Of a stretch of DNA of 64,000 nt, positions 58,394 through 64,000 are shown one piece after another (position 1 is the first letter of the stretch; every line of letters begins with the position of its first letter). The notes under the pieces were generated by a model. It worked only from the letters and a program-made list of their open reading frames with translations. It searched no databases and had not been told where the DNA came from. Where the stretch lies: contig CBDAOY010000007.1 of assembly GCA_965198225.1 (NCBI GenBank), positions 576,001-640,000 on the forward strand. The letters are read 5' to 3'. The translations under genes were made by a program, and so were the position numbers. The stretch comes from Terriglobia bacterium. Lineage in GTDB: Bacteria > Acidobacteriota > Terriglobia > 20CM-2-55-15.

Positions 58394-59107
58394 TTGGCGC
58401 GTAAGAGGTTGAGCCGGAAGGAACTCGTTCAGAAGGACGAGATCACGACGACACTGGAGGCGACCACCGCGTTTCTTCTGGAGCACAGCAAGCCCATCGC
58501 GACCAGTGTGGGCATCGCCGTGGCCCTCGTAGCGGTCTTTGTTGCCTGGAGCATCTACTCTGCGAACCGTGAAGCGAACTCCCAGAGCGCGCTTTCCGAA
58601 GTCATCGCCACGTTTACCGATACCGAAGGCTTCGATTCGGACGAGCGTCGGTTTGAAACAGCGCTTGCCGAGGCACAAGTCGTACGGGACGATTATTCGG
58701 ACCTCCGGGCTGGCCAGATCGCCGAGTACTACATGGCGTTGAGTCAAGAAGGCTTGGGGAACACGACAGAGTCGGTGCGGATCCTGCAAGGGCTGATCGA
58801 GAACGGCGGGGAAACGATTCAACAGGTGGCCCGCTACGCTCTGGCGGAATCGTACAAGAACCACGGTGAGTTGGAGACGGCGATCGCCGTCTTGCAGGAA
58901 TTGGTCGACACCTCGGGTTATTCGCAGGGTGCCGTGTTCTACGAACTGGGCCGCTTGCACGAAGCGATTGCGAAGCCGGAAGAAGCCCGGAGCTATTACG
59001 AGTCGATTGTCGGGGAGTACCCGGACTCTCCGTTCCGGCCCGACGCGGACCGGGCTCTGGAACGGCTCGGAACAGAAGAAACTCCAACCGAGGAAGCAGA
59101 GTCTTGA
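58394..59107 (+). CDS. YfgM-like membrane-anchored TPR protein
   Basis: Basic N-terminus RKEL..DE, one TM segment, TPRs ending YPDSP; TTG start after GGGAGG. Confidence 0.8.
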   Translation: MARKRLSRKELVQKDEITTTLEATTAFLLEHSKPIATSVGIAVALVAVFVAWSIYSANREANSQSALSEVIATFTDTEGFDSDERRFETALAEAQVVRDDYSDLRAGQIAEYYMALSQEGLGNTTESVRILQGLIENGGETIQQVARYALAESYKNHGELETAIAVLQELVDTSGYSQGAVFYELGRLHEAIAKPEEARSYYESIVGEYPDSPFRPDADRALERLGTEETPTEEAES

Positions 59108-59176
59108 AACGACTTCAACGCGCCGGCGGCCACCTCTCGCCGGCACGCCTGGTCGATTGGAGTCCGGTGTCTTTTT

Positions 59177-59728
59177 ATGAAGCATCACGTCGTCGACCTG
59201 AAGGAAGTCGGTGGTGAGAGGGTCGACCTGGAAGGCTGCCTCGAGCCGGGAGAAGTCGATTTCTCGGCGGAACCTCTGCGGCAGGTGGAACTCCTGGACT
59301 GGGCCGGGTCAATCGAACGAACCGGCGATGAGATCCGTTTTCGGGGCCGACTCAAAACCCGTCTCGAGCTGGTCTGTGTTCGATGCCTCAAGCCGATCGA
59401 ACAACCTGTTGAGCGAGAGTTTGACTTACATTTTCGGCAGCGCGACAGTTTCGTCTACGACGAAGACGCCGACATCGAGCTGAAAGAAGCCGACACGCAG
59501 ACATCTTTCATGACCGGGGCGGAATTGCCGCTGGCGGGGATTTTCCGTGAGCAGGTTCTGCTCGGGATTCCAATGAAGCCGCTGTGCTCGACCGATTGCA
59601 GTGGGCTGTGTCCGTCCTGCGGCATCAACCGGAACGCCGGTTCTTGCGACTGTCCCGCACAACCGATGAGCCCGGCCTTCGAAGGGCTGCTTCAACTCAA
59701 GAAGCGGCTCGAGGAGCGGAGTACTTAG
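59177..59728 (+). CDS. yceD: DUF177/YceD family protein
   Basis: CVRCL, PMKPLC..DC.GLCP.CG; precedes rpmF. Confidence 0.9.
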   Translation: MKHHVVDLKEVGGERVDLEGCLEPGEVDFSAEPLRQVELLDWAGSIERTGDEIRFRGRLKTRLELVCVRCLKPIEQPVEREFDLHFRQRDSFVYDEDADIELKEADTQTSFMTGAELPLAGIFREQVLLGIPMKPLCSTDCSGLCPSCGINRNAGSCDCPAQPMSPAFEGLLQLKKRLEERST

Positions 59729-59733
59729 AAACA

Positions 59734-59916
59734 ATGCCAAATCCGAAACGTCGACACTCAAAAGCTCGTACCGGGAAGAGACGCGCCCACGACGGCCTGA
59801 AGGGTCCGTCGTTCTCCGAGTGCCCGAACTGCCACGAGATGAAGCTGCCCCACCGGGCCTGCCCGCACTGCGGCTACTACAAGGATCGAGAAGTCATCGA
59901 GACTGAAGAGGAGTAA
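59734..59916 (+). CDS. rpmF: 50S ribosomal protein L32
   Basis: MPNPKRRHSKART...CPNC...PHRACPHCGYY. Confidence 0.97.
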   Translation: MPNPKRRHSKARTGKRRAHDGLKGPSFSECPNCHEMKLPHRACPHCGYYKDREVIETEEE

Positions 59917-59939
59917 GTTCAGCAGACTGAACGAATCAT

Positions 59940-61028
59940 ATGACGAAGATTGCCGTTGACGCGATGGGAAGCGATAACGCTCCCCAGGTCGAGGTGGATG
60001 GAGCGGTTGCCGCGGCTTCGGAGTACGGCATCGACGTCGTCCTCGTCGGGCGCGAAGATCCGATCCGCCGGGCTCTCGAGTCGCACGACACTGGCGGTCT
60101 GTCGATCGAGGTCGTGCATGCCGCCGAAGTGGTCGGTATGGACGAGTCCCCACTGGCGGCGGTCCGGAAGAAAAAAGACTCCTCGATCCGGGTCCTCGCC
60201 GATCTGATGCGCGATTCGGAGGTATCGGGTGTGGTCAGTGCCGGCAACACGGGTGCCGTGATGGCGACCGTGAAACTGGTCGCCGGCACCTTGAGCGTTG
60301 TAGCCAGGCCGGCGTTGAGCACCGTTCTGCCCACCCAGAAAGGCAAACCGGCGATACTTCTCGACGTGGGAGCGAACGTCGACTGCAAACCTCTACATCT
60401 GGAACAGTTTGCCATCATGGGCGACATCTACTCGCGGGCGATCTTCGGCATTCGCCGGCCGCGAGTCGGCCTGCTCTCGATCGGCGAAGAAGACTCCAAA
60501 GGCAACGAGCTGACGAAAGAGGTGTTCAAGGCGCTGAAGCGAGCACCGCTCAATTTTGTCGGCAACGTCGAAGGACGGGACATATTCAAGGGTGACACCG
60601 ACGTGATCGTCTGCGACGGATTCACGGGAAACGTGGCTTTGAAGTTGAGTGAGGGGTTGATCGAGACGGCGACCGAACTGCTCGGCCAGGAGCTTCAGAA
60701 GACGCTTTCTGCGAAAGCCGGCTACATGCTGGCGCAGAAGGCCTTCCAACAGTTCAAGCTGCGCCTCGACTACTCCGAGTACGGTGGCGCGCCGCTTCTG
60801 GGAATCAAGGGGATCGGTATCGTCTGCCACGGTCGTTCAAATCCCAACGCTCTCAAGAACGCGATCCGGGTGGCTCACGAGTTCTGCAAACACGACGTCA
60901 ACAAAGCCATCGAGCAGGAATTCCACAAGCTGGGCTTCATCAAAGCCGATTCAACCGGGCCCGAGGGGGCTAATCGAGGCCCGCAGGACGCGGCGGAGAG
61001 TTCCGGCGCCGTGAGACAGCGCGGTTGA
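59940..61028 (+). CDS. plsX: Phosphate acyltransferase
   Basis: IAVDAMGSD, SAGNTGA, CDGFTGNVALK, YGGAPLLG. Confidence 0.97.
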   Translation: MTKIAVDAMGSDNAPQVEVDGAVAAASEYGIDVVLVGREDPIRRALESHDTGGLSIEVVHAAEVVGMDESPLAAVRKKKDSSIRVLADLMRDSEVSGVVSAGNTGAVMATVKLVAGTLSVVARPALSTVLPTQKGKPAILLDVGANVDCKPLHLEQFAIMGDIYSRAIFGIRRPRVGLLSIGEEDSKGNELTKEVFKALKRAPLNFVGNVEGRDIFKGDTDVIVCDGFTGNVALKLSEGLIETATELLGQELQKTLSAKAGYMLAQKAFQQFKLRLDYSEYGGAPLLGIKGIGIVCHGRSNPNALKNAIRVAHEFCKHDVNKAIEQEFHKLGFIKADSTGPEGANRGPQDAAESSGAVRQRG

Positions 61029-61053
61029 AACGGTCTCCGACAGACCTACTCTG

Positions 61054-61989
61054 ATGTCTGGAAGAGTTGCCCTCATCTTCCCCGGCCAGGGCTCCCAGTA
61101 TGCAGGGATGGGTAGAGAGCTTGCCGAGAGGTTCCCGGCGGCGGCGGCGGTCTACCAGCAGGCGGACCAGGCTCTGGGTTTCTCCCTCACCGAGCTCTGC
61201 TTCGGCGGCCCCGAGGAAGACCTCAAGCTTACCGAGAACACTCAGCCTGCAATTCTGACTACCGCCACGGCGGTCTATAGCGTGCTGGAAGAGCGCGGGG
61301 TGCGGCCCGATTTCGTGGCCGGTCACAGCCTCGGAGAGTACAGTGGGCTGGTCGCAGCCGGATCTATCTCCTTTCCCGAAGCGGTAACGCTGGTTCGTCG
61401 GCGGGGACAGTACATGCAGGAGGCCGTGCCGGTAGGCGAAGGTGCGATGGCTGCGATTCTCGGGCTGGATGCCGCCGCGGTGGACGATGTATGCCTCCGT
61501 GCCGGCGATGGACGGGTCGTCGCTGCCGCCAACATCAATTCCCCCAGGCAAATCGTGATCGCGGGGCATCGCGACGCGGTCGACCGGGCCCTGAAGCTGG
61601 CCAAGGAGTCGGGTGCTCGCCGCGCAATCCTGCTTCCGGTCAGCGCGCCTTTTCATTGCAGCTTGATGAGGCCGGCTGAGACGCGGCTGGCGGAGGATCT
61701 GGACTCTATCGGGTTTGGCGATCTGAAGTTTCCCCTGATCACGAACGCGGAGGCGCGACCCGTGCGGGAAGGGGAAGAGGCTCGCAGAGCCTTGAAATTG
61801 CAGGTGTCCAGACCGGTGCGCTGGCACGCGACCATCCGGTTGCTCCTGGACGAAGGTGTCGATACTTTCGTCGAGGTTGGTCCGGGCAAAGTCCTGACAG
61901 GGTTGGTTCGATCCGTCGAAAAGTCGGTTACAATGCTCAATGCAGAGGACGAGAGATCGCTGGATCAGACCCTCGCCGCGCTCCTATAG
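61054..61989 (+). CDS. fabD: Malonyl-CoA:ACP transacylase
   Basis: FPGQGSQ, GHSLGEY, SAPFH. Confidence 0.97.
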   Translation: MSGRVALIFPGQGSQYAGMGRELAERFPAAAAVYQQADQALGFSLTELCFGGPEEDLKLTENTQPAILTTATAVYSVLEERGVRPDFVAGHSLGEYSGLVAAGSISFPEAVTLVRRRGQYMQEAVPVGEGAMAAILGLDAAAVDDVCLRAGDGRVVAAANINSPRQIVIAGHRDAVDRALKLAKESGARRAILLPVSAPFHCSLMRPAETRLAEDLDSIGFGDLKFPLITNAEARPVREGEEARRALKLQVSRPVRWHATIRLLLDEGVDTFVEVGPGKVLTGLVRSVEKSVTMLNAEDERSLDQTLAALL

Positions 61990-62101
61990 TGTCAGGTTTT
62001 TGTGCCGGTTCCGGCCGGCTCCGTCGAGGCACCCGAATTCGACTACCCTTCGCCCCGGGGTGTGTGGGCGCGCAAGAAAACTAAAGACGGAGGTTGTTTA
62101 A

Positions 62102-62347
62102 ATGTCTGCTTCGGTTGAAGAAAAGGTAAAGGAAATAATCGTCGAGCAACTCAGCGTGGATGAGGGGGAGGTGACTGCCACCGCTTCATTCATCGACGAC
62201 TTGGGTGCCGACTCGCTGGACACCGTGGAACTGGTGATGGCCCTGGAAGAAGGCTTCAGCATCGAAATCCCCGACGACGCCGCGGAAAAGATCACCACCG
62301 TCGGTGAGGCCGTGCAGTACATCGAAGCCCACGTGCCTAAGTCCTAA
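62102..62347 (+). CDS. acpP: Acyl carrier protein
   Basis: [12 protein letters not shown]. Confidence 0.97.
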   Translation: MSASVEEKVKEIIVEQLSVDEGEVTATASFIDDLGADSLDTVELVMALEEGFSIEIPDDAAEKITTVGEAVQYIEAHVPKS

Positions 62348-62365
62348 CCTGAACCGGAGGTCAAG

Positions 62366-63604
62366 TTGGAGAGGCGAGTTGTTGTCACCGGCGTCGGGCT
62401 TGTCACTGCTCTCGGGGTCGGAACTGAAGAAACGTGGAATGGGCTCACCGAAGGAAAGAGCGGCGTCCGGGAGATCACGCGCTTCGACACTTCGCGCTTC
62501 TCAGCGAAGATCGCGGCCGAGGTTCAGGACTTTGATCCACTCCTGTGGATCGATAAGAAGGACGTCAAGAAGATGGACGCCTTCATCCATTACGCGATCG
62601 CCGCTGCGGACTTTGCCGGGAAACGGGCGGGTCTGGAAGTTTCGGCGGAAATGTCGGAACGAACGGGCGTTTTCATCGGTTCGGGCATCGGCGGTTTCAA
62701 CATCATCGAGCGGGAGCACAACAACCTGATTCGAGGTGGTCCCCGAAAGATTTCACCTTTCTTCATCCCTTCCAGCATCATCAATCTTGCCGCGGGTCAG
62801 GTATCGATCCGCATGGGCGCCCGGGGTCCGAATTCAGCACCGTGCACGGCCTGCTCCTCGGGCGCGCACGCGGTTGGCGATGCGTATCGAATCATCGCCC
62901 GCGGCGATGCCGATGTCATGATCGCCGGTGGGTCCGAGGCAGCGATCACCAGCATGGGAATCGGCGGCTTTGCCGCGATGCGCGCCCTTTCGACGCGCAA
63001 CGATGAACCTTCCCGCGCCTCGAGGCCTTTCGACAAGGACCGCGACGGCTTCGTGATGGGCGAGGGTGCCGGAATCCTCATCCTGGAGGAACTTGAACTC
63101 GCCAGGAAGCGCGACGCTCCGATCATGGCGGAGCTCGTCGGATACGGCATGAGCGGGGACGCCTATCACATCACCCTGCCTTCCGAGGACGGCAACGGTG
63201 GATACCGCGTGATGCAGAACGCCCTCAAGGACGCCGGCGTGGAGCCCGACGAGGTCAGCTACATTAACGCGCACGGAACGTCGACGCCCCCGAACGATCG
63301 CCTGGAGACGATTGCTATCAAGCGTCTCTTCGGGGACCACGCATCGAAGATCCCCGTCAGTTCGACGAAATCCATGATCGGTCACCTGCTCGGGGCTGCC
63401 GGCGCCGTGGAAGCCGCGGTTTCTGTGCTGGCTCTCGAAAACGGGACGATACCGCCGACGATCAATTACGAAACGCCGGATCCGGACTGCGATCTCGATT
63501 ATGTGCCGAACGAGAGTCGCCCGGCTGCACTCGAGTACGTCATGTCGAATTCGTTCGGATTCGGCGGCACCAACGCTGCCCTCCTGTTCAAGCGCTGGGA
63601 GTAG
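62366..63604 (+). CDS. fabF: Beta-ketoacyl-ACP synthase II
   Basis: TACSSG, NAHGTST, GHLLGAAG, NSFGFGG. Confidence 0.97.
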   Translation: MERRVVVTGVGLVTALGVGTEETWNGLTEGKSGVREITRFDTSRFSAKIAAEVQDFDPLLWIDKKDVKKMDAFIHYAIAAADFAGKRAGLEVSAEMSERTGVFIGSGIGGFNIIEREHNNLIRGGPRKISPFFIPSSIINLAAGQVSIRMGARGPNSAPCTACSSGAHAVGDAYRIIARGDADVMIAGGSEAAITSMGIGGFAAMRALSTRNDEPSRASRPFDKDRDGFVMGEGAGILILEELELARKRDAPIMAELVGYGMSGDAYHITLPSEDGNGGYRVMQNALKDAGVEPDEVSYINAHGTSTPPNDRLETIAIKRLFGDHASKIPVSSTKSMIGHLLGAAGAVEAAVSVLALENGTIPPTINYETPDPDCDLDYVPNESRPAALEYVMSNSFGFGGTNAALLFKRWE

Positions 63605-63616
63605 GAATTGGCCGGT

Positions 63617-63679
63617 GTAGGTGCGCTCTGTGAGCGCACATTGCCTCGGTCCGGATGTGCGGTCATAGACCGCACATAC
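63617..63679. repeat. GTAG-type REP doublet (family 1)
   Basis: Inverted pair just downstream of fabF. Confidence 0.9.
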
Positions 63680-63712
63680 ACGCACTGACCACTTCTGTTA
63701 TTCTTTTTTCTT

Positions 63713-64000
63713 ATGCCCGAAGAGCGTGAAGTTCTGGAAGTCGACGTCCTGATCGTTGGCGGGGGCCCCGCCGGTCTGTCCGCTGCCTACCATTTGCGGA
63801 AACTCCTGAACGAAAGCGGCCGTGAAGATGCTTCCGTGGCTGTCCTCGAGAAGGCGAAAGAAGTCGGTGCGCATATCATCTCGGGCGCTGTGCTGGATCC
63901 CCGGGGAATAGACGAGCTCATGCCCGATTGGAAGGAGAGGGGCGCTCCGATCGAGAAACCCGTCGAAGAGGATTACGTTTACTATTTCACGCGCAAAGGG
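63713..64000 (+). CDS. Electron transfer flavoprotein-ubiquinone oxidoreductase (N-terminal part, runs off window)
   Basis: MPEEREVLEVDVLIVGGGPAGLSAA...VLEKAKEVGAHIISGAVLDP. Confidence 0.88.
   Translation, partial: MPEEREVLEVDVLIVGGGPAGLSAAYHLRKLLNESGREDASVAVLEKAKEVGAHIISGAVLDPRGIDELMPDWKERGAPIEKPVEEDYVYYFTRKG

Overview
GC-rich bacterial chromosomal window, probably Acidobacteriota (inferred from gene content, not proven). It is mostly housekeeping: lon, thrC, mqnE, moeB, dinB, smc, purC-cvpA, nadA, apt, tRNA-Arg(CCT), yceD-rpmF-plsX-fabD-acpP-fabF, two hybrid kinases and a Qrc/alternative complex III-like respiratory operon. The most notable element is at the left edge: two tandem RiPP precursor genes (516-905, 982-1380) with nearly identical nitrile-hydratase-like (NHLP) double-Gly leaders. 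Their cores diverge but are built from repeated Gly-Pro-Cys modules and both end in GPCF. They are transcribed divergently from a truncated PhyH-like Fe/2OG dioxygenase, and no recognisable RiPP maturase lies to their right. Intergenic DNA carries three palindromic repeat families (including 15 GTAG-type REP units and one triply nested REP/MITE structure) plus heptamer tandem repeats. Two microproteins missed by the ORF track were found (a YHS protein and a Zn-ribbon protein behind a sigma54-type promoter). Several apparent 1-nt indels suggest consensus errors in the assembly.
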